Made by a program: the position numbers and the translations under genes. The notes under the pieces are model-generated. The model ran no database searches, was not told the DNA's origin, and saw only the letters and a list, made by a program, of their open reading frames with translations. DNA of 64,000 nucleotides from a virus, in IMG/VR virus record IMGVR_UViG_3300024999_000049, positions 56,194 through 120,193 of that record. The stretch is one strand, 5' to 3'. Positions 54,215-63,228 of the stretch are shown piece after piece (positions within the stretch are counted from its first letter, which is position 1; each line of letters opens with the position of its first letter).

Positions 54215-56395
54215 ATGAAATTAATTAAAGGCAGATTATATTCGAGTCTGCCTAATACTAATCATAAAATGTTTATACTTAAAGGAAAAATATATTCAAT
54301 TATTTGGCATAAGGTTGAAATATATGGTTTAAATCAAATTAATAGAAAATCAACTTTAATAACATCAATATTAAGTCAAACTTATAGAAAGATTTTAAAT
54401 ATATTTAAAGGTAAAACTATCAGAAAACTTACTCAGTCCATATCAAATACAAATCAAACCAATAGAATTAATAATATATTATCAGACACTTCAACACAAA
54501 CACGTAGGAATAATGTGAGTTTTATCACACTTTTTGGTAGCACTTATAGGAAAATAACACAATTAATTTTAAGTGAATATCAAACTATAAAGTCAAACAA
54601 TAAGTTAATCAATTTTTTATATCAAACTGATAAAAATATAAATAAAACATCTGTATTTTTATCTCAATCTAAACGTAATATTATAGAATTGATTAGTAAT
54701 AAAATACAAAATAATAGAGTTATTATTAAATTTAATTATATTAGTAATCAAATAAAAAGGAATATTATAGAATTAAGTGAATCAATAAAGCAAACATATA
54801 GAAAAATCAATAATATATTTATGTTTAATGTGCAAATAAGTAGAAAAATTAATAGTATATCTGTTTTTTATGTTCAAACAAATAAAAGAATACATAAATT
54901 AATTAGTGTTCTTTATCAATCTGTAAGACATAATATGATCATAGTTTATTGTATTAATCAAATTAAAAGAGATATAAATAAATTATATTTTACTAACAAG
55001 CAGACAAAAAGAAATATTTTAGAGTTTATTGTTAATATCATTCAAACAAATAGAGATATAAAGAAATCAGTGGATACTACTACTCAAAACAATAGACGAA
55101 TAAACAAAATACAATTTGTAACTTTGCAGGTAGTAAGAAATATCATTCAACAAATTAATATTATGTTTCAATCTAAGAAAAATATTAATAAAATTATCAT
55201 TATTATAAATCAATTAAATAGGAATGTTGAATTACTTAAAGTATTGTTAAAACAAACTTATAGAAAAATAATATTATTAGTTTTAGATAAATATCAAACT
55301 ATAAAAACTAATAACAAGTTAATCAGTATATTACAGCAAACCTACAGAAAAATACCAGATGTGTTTAGTGGGGACACTATAAGAAAATTAACACAATCGA
55401 GTTCAGTTTTATTCCAAACAAGCAAGGATATTAAGAAGATTTTTATAATTTCATCTCAGACTAAACGAAACATTATAGAATTAATTGGAAATAAAACACA
55501 ACATAATAGAGATATTATTAATAAAGTAAGTGTTAGTAAGCAAACCAAACGTAATATTACTAAGTTAATAAGCACGAGTATGGTTAGTGTATATGGACAA
55601 TTAGTTAGAATAGTTAATGGATTGATTAGTTATTTGGGGCAGAACAGACGTAATATTTTAAGTTCAATTTCTTCTTATTGGCAGACCAAAAGAAACAATG
55701 GTTTATTAAGTTATTATGTTGGTCAAAGCAAGAGAAATGTTATTAAATTAGTTAGTGGTATAAAACAGAATAATAGAAATATCACAAAAACATTTCAGAA
55801 TGCAATACAACCAAGAAGAAATGTAATTAGATTTGATGAGTATTTAAAACAGATCGAAAGGAATGTAATAAAATTAACTGTTTTTATAAAACAGAATTAT
55901 CGTAAAATATTCAAATTAGAATCTATTACAAAAGGAAGCAAACGAGACATAATTAAGTTGGTTAAATATAATAGTCAGTCAAATAGGGATGTTAGGAAAA
56001 TTGTGTCAGATTATTTTAATCAAACTAAGCGTAATATTATTGAACTAATAAGTTTTAAAAAACAAAGTAATAGAAAAATAAATAAGTTGTTTAATTTTAT
56101 TGTTCAACAAAAAAGAGATATTGTTTTATTAGTGATATCTAAATATCAAAGCAATAGAAATGTTTTATTACTGGTTGAGTTTTTAAAACAAAGTAAAAGA
56201 AATATATTTAATCTAGTCTCCCCTATTCGTCAATTAATAAGAAAGCTTGTAACTATTTGGGATATATGTACTAAAGATTCATATTACTTGATTGAATTGG
56301 AATTGGAATTTGTTGTTGAAGAATTAAAGTTAGATATGTATATGGCTGAAATGCCTCTCGAATTTGAATTAGAAGAGGTGAGTAAAATCTTATGA
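54215..56395 (+). CDS. Basic repeat protein (many Q-T/S-x-R-x-I units, ~14-aa period), fibre-like
   Basis: QTKRNIIELIS-type repeats over about 650 aa; acidic C-terminal tail. Confidence 0.7.
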   Translation: MKLIKGRLYSSLPNTNHKMFILKGKIYSIIWHKVEIYGLNQINRKSTLITSILSQTYRKILNIFKGKTIRKLTQSISNTNQTNRINNILSDTSTQTRRNNVSFITLFGSTYRKITQLILSEYQTIKSNNKLINFLYQTDKNINKTSVFLSQSKRNIIELISNKIQNNRVIIKFNYISNQIKRNIIELSESIKQTYRKINNIFMFNVQISRKINSISVFYVQTNKRIHKLISVLYQSVRHNMIIVYCINQIKRDINKLYFTNKQTKRNILEFIVNIIQTNRDIKKSVDTTTQNNRRINKIQFVTLQVVRNIIQQINIMFQSKKNINKIIIIINQLNRNVELLKVLLKQTYRKIILLVLDKYQTIKTNNKLISILQQTYRKIPDVFSGDTIRKLTQSSSVLFQTSKDIKKIFIISSQTKRNIIELIGNKTQHNRDIINKVSVSKQTKRNITKLISTSMVSVYGQLVRIVNGLISYLGQNRRNILSSISSYWQTKRNNGLLSYYVGQSKRNVIKLVSGIKQNNRNITKTFQNAIQPRRNVIRFDEYLKQIERNVIKLTVFIKQNYRKIFKLESITKGSKRDIIKLVKYNSQSNRDVRKIVSDYFNQTKRNIIELISFKKQSNRKINKLFNFIVQQKRDIVLLVISKYQSNRNVLLLVEFLKQSKRNIFNLVSPIRQLIRKLVTIWDICTKDSYYLIELELEFVVEELKLDMYMAEMPLEFELEEVSKIL

Positions 56396-56679
56396 TAGAA
56401 ATGTATAAAGGAGAGAAAAGACTTTGTGGAGTCTTAGTAAAATCAAGGAAAAACACTGATTTTGAGATAGAATCATGTGAATGTAAAGTTTATGATAACG
56501 CAGGTAGTTTAATGTGTGAAGCTGATGGGATAATTGATGGATATAATGTGTTTTATTTTTTAGATAGTAATGATAGTTGTTTTATTACTACAAAAGGATA
56601 TGTGATTGAATACATTATAGAGCTGAAGGATTCTGTTCAGTTATTAATGGCAAGAGTTAGTGTTAAAGTGAAAAGTTAA
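56392..56679 (+). CDS. Small beta-rich virion accessory protein
   Basis: ATGA overlap with the repeat protein gene. Confidence 0.6.
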   Translation: MIEMYKGEKRLCGVLVKSRKNTDFEIESCECKVYDNAGSLMCEADGIIDGYNVFYFLDSNDSCFITTKGYVIEYIIELKDSVQLLMARVSVKVKS

Positions 56680-56729
56680 ATAGATATATTGATTAAAATT
56701 TAGAAGGAATAAAATAAATAGTTTTTAGT

Positions 56730-56755
56730 GGAGAGATTTTTAGTCTCTCCTTTTT
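56730..56755 (+). terminator. Intrinsic terminator
   Basis: GGAGAGA...TCTCTCC-TTTTT. Confidence 0.65.
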
Positions 56756-56888
56756 ATTTAATAATAAAGTTAATTTTTAGAAGGGTAACTCAAGTGTCAT
56801 GAACTTGAGAATGGTACACACTCCGATGTACTCCCTTCTATTTTTATTTGTCTATTTGTTGGAGAAATCAAATATGGAGGTTGATAAA

Positions 56889-58085
56889 ATGAGTGAAGAG
56901 TTAAAAGGTAAGAATAAAATTAAAAGTGGTATTTATAAGATTGTAAATTTGGTTAATGATAAGATTTATATTGGGAGTGCCGTTATTTTAAAGAATAGAA
57001 AAAGAGATCATTTTAGAACACTTAAGAAAAATTGTCATAAAAATAAATATTTACAAAATGCATTTAATAAGTATAGTGAAAATAGTTTTCAATTTGAAAT
57101 AATTGAATTTGTAGAAGACAAGAATAAATTAATTGAGAGAGAACAATATTATCTGAATATTTACTTTGACAATCAAAAAAATTGTTATAACATTTCTCCA
57201 ACAGCAGGTTCTCCGTTGGGTGTTAAATATAATGATGAAATGAAATTACAAAGTGCTATATCAAAAGGAGCAAAATCTTTTTATGTTTTTAAAGACAGAG
57301 AGTTTGTAGGAGAATGGATAAATTCAGTAGAATGTAGTAAAAATTTAGATATAAATTATTCTAGTTATATTCGTAAATGTTTAAAGGGTAAGAGACATAT
57401 ATCTAATGGTTATGTTTTTATTTATAAGGATGAATATAATGAAGATAAATTAAATGAAATTTATGAAAAAGTTGAAGGAAGACCATTTTTAGTTTTTAAT
57501 AAATATACAAAAGAATTGGTTGGAGAATATAATTTTCAATATCGATGTGTTAATGAATTAAAAATATATAAATGGGACGTCAGTAGTTGTTTGAGAGGTG
57601 AAAGTTATTCTGCAAAAGATTATATATTTATATATAAAGATGAATATACAAATAAAAAATTAAATGAATTATGTGAAAAATGTGGTAAAGGTGTTTTTAT
57701 AAAACCATTTTATGTTTATGATAAAAATACAAGAAAATTAATTGATAAGTTCGATTATCAATCAGTATGTGCAAGAGAATTAAACATAGATGTTGAAAAC
57801 ATTAATGCTTGTTTAAATTCAAATAGAAAAATACATTCTGTAAAAAATTATGTTTTTATTTATGTAGAAAATTATTCCGAAGAAAAACTAGAAAAGTTGT
57901 ATAAAAATTCTAAATCTAAATTTGTATTTGAAGTATATAAAAAAGATACAAATGAATTTTTAGGGATTTATGATAATCAAACTCGATGTTCAAATGATTT
58001 AAAAATAAGTAATGTAAGTGTTAGCAATCATCTTAATGGTAAAACTAAATCTGTAAAAGGGTATGTTTTTAAAATAGTTGCTTAA
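56889..58085 (+). CDS. Free-standing GIY-YIG homing endonuclease with four NUMOD1-like repeats (start reassigned)
   Basis: SGIYKI.N..N.KIYIGSA, R, H.N..LQ.A, EREQ, YNI; GGAGG RBS before MSEE. Confidence 0.85.
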   Translation: MSEELKGKNKIKSGIYKIVNLVNDKIYIGSAVILKNRKRDHFRTLKKNCHKNKYLQNAFNKYSENSFQFEIIEFVEDKNKLIEREQYYLNIYFDNQKNCYNISPTAGSPLGVKYNDEMKLQSAISKGAKSFYVFKDREFVGEWINSVECSKNLDINYSSYIRKCLKGKRHISNGYVFIYKDEYNEDKLNEIYEKVEGRPFLVFNKYTKELVGEYNFQYRCVNELKIYKWDVSSCLRGESYSAKDYIFIYKDEYTNKKLNELCEKCGKGVFIKPFYVYDKNTRKLIDKFDYQSVCARELNIDVENINACLNSNRKIHSVKNYVFIYVENYSEEKLEKLYKNSKSKFVFEVYKKDTNEFLGIYDNQTRCSNDLKISNVSVSNHLNGKTKSVKGYVFKIVA

Positions 58086-58122
58086 TAAAATATAAATATA
58101 AATATAAAAGAGGTGAAATAAT

Positions 58123-59229
58123 TTGTCTTCAATTAAAATATATAAAAATCCAATAGGAGACACTGGAGGAGATTTAGTTTCAACAGAAGATTTTACTAAT
58201 CCCGTTGATTCTGGCTTTTTAATTATTCCAGAAACTGGGACTGAAATTGGTAACTGGGTTCCACTCGCAATTCGTTGCAACGAGGGATTACAAACGATAA
58301 ATGACCTAAATAGAAATTGTAGATTGAGCCTAGAAGGGTTGAAATCTGACTGCTGGCAACTGTCAGCAGATGACAATGGTTCTCCATCTCCAACTCCCTC
58401 TGATTGGGGTGAACCACTCGATATAGTTTCAGATAAAATTTATGATAAAAATTATATTTTCCACATACGTGCCTGTGCAGATGTAAATGATATCGTGGAG
58501 AACGACAAAACTACTAAACTTACGGCACAAGCATTGGTAGGATTGCCGTGGATTTTAGATATTGATGATATGATTTCCGAACCTGATGTAAATATAGTTT
58601 TTTCAAACATAGTAACAATTCCAGAAGATTGTATTATATATGCGTTAAATGTAGATGCTGCCAATCCGGCTTATATTCTTAAATACATTATAAATGGTGA
58701 AGAGTTAACAATAGGTCATATGGGAAATCCTAATTTTGAATGGTTTCATCAAGCATTAAGTGTTTCTAAAGATTCAACTTTTCAAATATATTTAGGTGGA
58801 ATTTTTGGGAATGAAATAGGTGGGTATTTAAAACTATTTTTAAATAATGAGAATGGAAAAGAATTATCTTATTTTCATTGGTATGTTTATGCTTGTTATC
58901 TTACTACAGCATGTGTTAAATATAAAGGATTAGAGGATGATTGTTCTGAGTTGATAGCAATGAGGTTATTAAGAGAGCATTATATTGACGATCCTGAATA
59001 TAGAGATTTGATTAGAGAATATTATCAATTAGCTTCTCAAATTGTTAAAGCTATAGACCAAGAAGATAATCCTAGTTTAATTTATGAACAAATTTATCAG
59101 AGTGTTAAGATTTGTGAAATCGCAGTTAATAATAGTGATTGGCAAACTGCAAGAGATGAGTATTTGAGTATGTATTATGAGTTGGCAGAGACTTATATAG
59201 ATGGGTATGTTAGGTTGATGCCTTTGTGA
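58123..59229 (+). CDS. Virion accessory protein: domain A + domain B + CFI-box-CTERM-like domain
   Basis: C-terminal CYLTTAC...DDC.EL..MRLLR..Y....LI.EYY..A..IV. Confidence 0.7.
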   Translation: MSSIKIYKNPIGDTGGDLVSTEDFTNPVDSGFLIIPETGTEIGNWVPLAIRCNEGLQTINDLNRNCRLSLEGLKSDCWQLSADDNGSPSPTPSDWGEPLDIVSDKIYDKNYIFHIRACADVNDIVENDKTTKLTAQALVGLPWILDIDDMISEPDVNIVFSNIVTIPEDCIIYALNVDAANPAYILKYIINGEELTIGHMGNPNFEWFHQALSVSKDSTFQIYLGGIFGNEIGGYLKLFLNNENGKELSYFHWYVYACYLTTACVKYKGLEDDCSELIAMRLLREHYIDDPEYRDLIREYYQLASQIVKAIDQEDNPSLIYEQIYQSVKICEIAVNNSDWQTARDEYLSMYYELAETYIDGYVRLMPL

Positions 59230-59246
59230 TGAAAGGAGTGAAATAA

Positions 59247-60011
59247 ATGGCTTATCATATAGCGATTTATCGTGATAATCCTACCGTTAATTTAACAGAT
59301 GGAACAATGGTCAGTGAGAATGATTTTTATAACGCCGTAGACAGTGGGTTTATATCAATTCCTGAATCTTCATTTGCTTCTGGTAATTGGGTAAAACTTG
59401 CTGTACGTTGTAGTGTAGGACAGCAAACAGTTTTTGATTTAAATCGCCACGCTAGAATATCTCTTTCGGGGGATACTGCCAATTTATGGAGATTAGCGGA
59501 AGATGATAATGGCCTTCCTTCTAGCACACCATTAGATTGGGGATTGCCATTGGACATAATAGATATTATTGGTGACACTAATTATATATTCTGGATTCAA
59601 GCCAAATCAAATTTTGATGAAATTGTACAGAATGATAAAACTTGTGAAATCATAGCACAAGCTTTAGTGGGAACAAATGAATTTTGGACATTAAATTTTA
59701 ATGATATGACTTATAGTTCTGAAACAGGTCATTTTACTAATACAGTGACAGTGCCAGAAGATTGTGTGATATACATAGATTTTACTGGAACTATAACTCC
59801 TGATTATTTAACTGTATATATAAATGATTTTGATACGGGTGGATATGCTAGCAGTGCGTGGAGTCCAAGACTTTTTAATTTAACACAAAATGATACATTA
59901 AAATTTGAAATTAAATTATTGGATGTTGGATATTCAGATATTACAATAAAATTAGATGATGAAAATGGAAGGTTAATTTCTGATTTTAGATATACAGATA
60001 CTGGAGTTTAA
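59247..60011 (+). CDS. Virion accessory protein: domain A + domain B
   Basis: Clear paralog of the 58123 N-terminal part (VDSGF, GNWV.LA.RC, DWG.PLDI, NDKT, AQALVG). Confidence 0.7.
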   Translation: MAYHIAIYRDNPTVNLTDGTMVSENDFYNAVDSGFISIPESSFASGNWVKLAVRCSVGQQTVFDLNRHARISLSGDTANLWRLAEDDNGLPSSTPLDWGLPLDIIDIIGDTNYIFWIQAKSNFDEIVQNDKTCEIIAQALVGTNEFWTLNFNDMTYSSETGHFTNTVTVPEDCVIYIDFTGTITPDYLTVYINDFDTGGYASSAWSPRLFNLTQNDTLKFEIKLLDVGYSDITIKLDDENGRLISDFRYTDTGV

Positions 60012-60052
60012 TAATTTTATAAAAATAAATAATGGAAGGACTGATTTAAATT

Positions 60053-60460
60053 ATGGCTTTAATAAAACTATATAAAGACGGTGTTGTGGGAGATACATCA
60101 GGAACTTTAATATCAAGTGGAGATGGAACGTCACCAATAGATACTGGATTTATCAAGATATTATCAACAGGGGAGCAGGTGGATGACTGGATTCCAATTT
60201 GCGTTAGGACAGACTCAGGATATAAGACAATTCTCGAAAACTCAAGACATTGCAGGATATCTATAGCAACTTCCACAAATTGGCAATTAGCATTAGATAC
60301 TGGTTCTCCTATGGCTTATGGTGCATCATTAGACCTTACTTCTGAGATAACTGCGGTAAACACTTTATTCTATTTGAGGGCAAAATCTTTGAGCACAGAA
60401 GTTCCTATCAACGATAGCTCTGTAGACATACAATTGTCAGCGACCATAGGTGCTGTGTAA
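60053..60460 (+). CDS. Virion accessory protein: domain A only
   Basis: PIDTGF, W.PIC.R, RHCRIS, WQLA.D. Confidence 0.7.
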   Translation: MALIKLYKDGVVGDTSGTLISSGDGTSPIDTGFIKILSTGEQVDDWIPICVRTDSGYKTILENSRHCRISIATSTNWQLALDTGSPMAYGASLDLTSEITAVNTLFYLRAKSLSTEVPINDSSVDIQLSATIGAV

Positions 60461-60539
60461 AAAGGAGTTCTAGAATAATTCTCAAAAATATTGACAAATG
60501 TGTTCATAAGTGTTAAAATGTACTTAGGAGGATATACTT

Positions 60540-61181
60540 ATGAACAATTATAAACCACAAGATTTTGCAGAAATGTTAGGTGTGTCAGTTAAAACATTAC
60601 AAAGATGGGATATAGAAGGAAAACTTAAAGCATTTAGAACTCCATCAGATAGACGTTATTATACTCATAAACAATATGTAGAATATATGAGTGAAAGTAA
60701 ACCAGAGGGTAAAACAATTATTTATGCTAGAGTTTCTACTACTAATCAAAAAGATGATTTAAAGAACCAAGTAGAATTTTTGCAAACATTTTGTAATGCT
60801 AAAGGTTGGATTGTAGATGAAATATTTGAAGATATCGGTTCAGGACTTAATTATAATCGTAAAAAGTGGAATAAACTTCTCGAAGATTGTATGTTAGGAA
60901 CTATATCTAAAATAATAGTATCTCATAAAGATAGATTTATACGATTTGGTTTTGAATGGTTTGAAAAGTTTGTTAAATCAAATGGTGTAGATTTAATAAT
61001 TGTAAATAATGAAAAATTATCTCCACAAGAAGAAATAGTTCAAGATATTATAAGTATTTTACATGTCTTTTCATGTAGAGTTTATGGACTTAGAAAATAT
61101 AAGAAAAAAATAGAGGAGGATGCTGAATTATGCGAGCCTACAAAACAGAAATCAATCCAACCACAGAACAAAAACGAATAA
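60540..61181 (+). CDS. tnpA: IS607 serine transposase (MerR-HTH + resolvase)
   Basis: LGVSVKTLQRWD, YARVS, DIGSG, HKDRF.RFG. Confidence 0.95.
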   Translation: MNNYKPQDFAEMLGVSVKTLQRWDIEGKLKAFRTPSDRRYYTHKQYVEYMSESKPEGKTIIYARVSTTNQKDDLKNQVEFLQTFCNAKGWIVDEIFEDIGSGLNYNRKKWNKLLEDCMLGTISKIIVSHKDRFIRFGFEWFEKFVKSNGVDLIIVNNEKLSPQEEIVQDIISILHVFSCRVYGLRKYKKKIEEDAELCEPTKQKSIQPQNKNE

Positions 61182-62287
61182 TTCATCAAACTCTAGGCGT
61201 TTGTAGATTTATTTATAACTTCTATCTTGGACACAATAAAGAAGTTTACGAAAAAGAGAAAAGGTTTGTTTCTGGAATGGATTTTTCAAAATGGTTGAAT
61301 AATGAATTTATTCCAAATAATCAAGATTATAAATGGATTAAAGAAGTTTCTACTAAAGCAGTAAAGCAAGCTATTATGAACGGAGAAAAGGCTTTTAAAA
61401 GATTCTTTAAAGGTGAAAGTAAATTCCCTAAATTTAAAAAGAAAAAGAGAAACAATATAAAAGCTTACTTCCCGAAAAATAATACTACTGATTGGAGTAT
61501 TAATAGACATAGATTAAAAATCCCTACACTTGGATTTGTTCAATTAAAAGAAAAAGGCTATATACCTACTAATTCAGAAGTCACTAGTGGTACTGTTTCG
61601 TATGAAGCTGGTAGATATTATGTAAGTGTATTAATAAAAGAAGAAGTAAAACAGAATAATCTTCCCTACTCAGAAAGTATAGGAATAGATTTGGGAATTA
61701 AAGAATTTGCAGTAATTAGTAATGATATTCAATATAAAAATATAAATAAGACAAAGAAAGCAAAGAAATTAGAAAAGAAACTTAAACGTGAGCAGAGACG
61801 CTTATCTAAAAAATATGAAAATAAAAAGAAAAAAGGAGGAAATGCCACGACTTCTGCAAAGAATATAAATAAACAAATACTAATAGTCCAGAAACTTCAT
61901 CAAAATCTTAAAAATATTAGACAAAACTTCGTAAATCAAATAGTTAGTGAATTGGTGAAAATCAAGCCTAAATCAATAACTATAGAAGATTTGAATATAA
62001 AAGGAATGATGAAGAATAAGCATTTATCAAAAGCAATTGCACAACAGAATTTTTATTATTTTAGAACAAAACTTGAAAATAAATGTAAACAAAATGGAAT
62101 AGAATTAAGAGTGGTTTCAAAATGGTATCCTTCAAGCAAGACATGTGCTTGTTGCGGAAACATTAAGAAAGACTTACAACTTTCCGAAAGAATTTATATT
62201 TGTGAAGAGTGTGGATATGAAAAGGATAGAGATTTAAATGCAGCAATTAATTTAAAAAATGCTAAAGAATATACAATAGCTTGTTAA
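61130..62287 (+). CDS. tnpB: RNA-guided endonuclease TnpB
   Basis: Intact RuvC GIDLG / IEDL / DRDLNAA and CACCG...CEECG Zn ribbon. Confidence 0.95.
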   Translation: MRAYKTEINPTTEQKRIIHQTLGVCRFIYNFYLGHNKEVYEKEKRFVSGMDFSKWLNNEFIPNNQDYKWIKEVSTKAVKQAIMNGEKAFKRFFKGESKFPKFKKKKRNNIKAYFPKNNTTDWSINRHRLKIPTLGFVQLKEKGYIPTNSEVTSGTVSYEAGRYYVSVLIKEEVKQNNLPYSESIGIDLGIKEFAVISNDIQYKNINKTKKAKKLEKKLKREQRRLSKKYENKKKKGGNATTSAKNINKQILIVQKLHQNLKNIRQNFVNQIVSELVKIKPKSITIEDLNIKGMMKNKHLSKAIAQQNFYYFRTKLENKCKQNGIELRVVSKWYPSSKTCACCGNIKKDLQLSERIYICEECGYEKDRDLNAAINLKNAKEYTIAC

Positions 62288-62289
62288 AA

Positions 62290-62450
62290 TTGCGTTGTAT
62301 ATATGTACCGTGGGTCACATGGGAATTTACGCCTTTGGAGTGCTATATCAAATGTTAGTAGTATTAGTAATAATACGAGAACAGGCACGTTGAATAAGGA
62401 ATTTTCTGGATATAGATAATGAGTATGTTTGTCTATATTTTCAGTGGCAG
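62290..62450 (+). ncRNA. TnpB omegaRNA scaffold at the IS right end
   Basis: GTACCG...GGAATTTACGCCTTTGGAG...AGGA...GGCAG pattern typical of IS607 right ends. Confidence 0.75.
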
Positions 62451-62460
62451 TTGATAAATT

Positions 62461-63207
62461 TTGAGTAATACGATAACAACATTAACTCCATCTCCTATAG
62501 CTAAATATTCAGCAAAATTACGTGGAGATTTAACACTTTGGACTTTAAATTATGTATGGACAACAGATGAAAAAGCAACGGGAAATACAGACCTTTTAAC
62601 AATACCTATAGCTTGTACTTTACATATGAATTACGTTATTACAACAGTTGATCCAATGATGATATCATGGAATAAAAATGAAGAACAAATAAATGCATAT
62701 GAAAGTGGAAACGGTTGGTTGCAACAAACATTAAGTTTTGTAGAAACTGATACATTGCGTATAGTTATGTTGCATTTTGATGGTTGCGAAGGAGATATGA
62801 CAATTAGATTAAACGATGCAAGTGGAAGAGTTATTGATGAATTTCATTATCTTTGCTTGGATGATCCTGATTGCTATCTTACAACAGCATGTGTTACTTA
62901 TAAAGGACTTCCTGATAATTGTTCTGAATTAACTGCTATGCGTTTATTACGTACACATTATGTTAATGAGGTTGGGTATGCGGAATTAATTAATGAGTAT
63001 TATGAATTAGCACCACAAATTATTCAAGGTATAGATGCAGAAATAAATCCAAATGAGATTTACGAACAGATATATCAGAGTGTAAAAATATGTGAAGTTG
63101 CTGTAAATAATGAAAATTGGGCAACAGCACATGATGAATATCTTGAAATGTATTACGAGTTAGCAGAAACATATATTACCAATTATATAAGATTGATGCC
63201 TTTATAA
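62461..63207 (+). CDS. Virion accessory protein: domain B + CFI-box-CTERM-like domain
   Basis: C-terminal ~110 aa highly similar to 58123 (CYLTTAC...YIRLMPL). Confidence 0.7.
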   Translation: MSNTITTLTPSPIAKYSAKLRGDLTLWTLNYVWTTDEKATGNTDLLTIPIACTLHMNYVITTVDPMMISWNKNEEQINAYESGNGWLQQTLSFVETDTLRIVMLHFDGCEGDMTIRLNDASGRVIDEFHYLCLDDPDCYLTTACVTYKGLPDNCSELTAMRLLRTHYVNEVGYAELINEYYELAPQIIQGIDAEINPNEIYEQIYQSVKICEVAVNNENWATAHDEYLEMYYELAETYITNYIRLMPL

Positions 63208-63228
63208 TGAAAGGCGGTGAAGTAGATA

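Larger units (their letters stand above)
60468..62450 (+). mobile_element. IS607-family insertion sequence
   Basis: tnpA + tnpB with own TTGACA-N17-TAAAAT promoter (60491-60519); 3' non-coding end ...TTTTCAGTGGCAG; AGTT shared at both junctions. Confidence 0.9.

Noticed and set aside
60468..62450. IStron (group I intron-IS607 hybrid)
   Set aside because: Only about 70 bp between the left end and tnpA, leaving no room for an intron core; the insertion is intergenic
58880..63207. Diversity-generating retroelement TR/VR pair
   Set aside because: Differences between the paralogous 3' ends are mostly synonymous rather than adenine-specific; both copies are coding; no reverse transcriptase in the window
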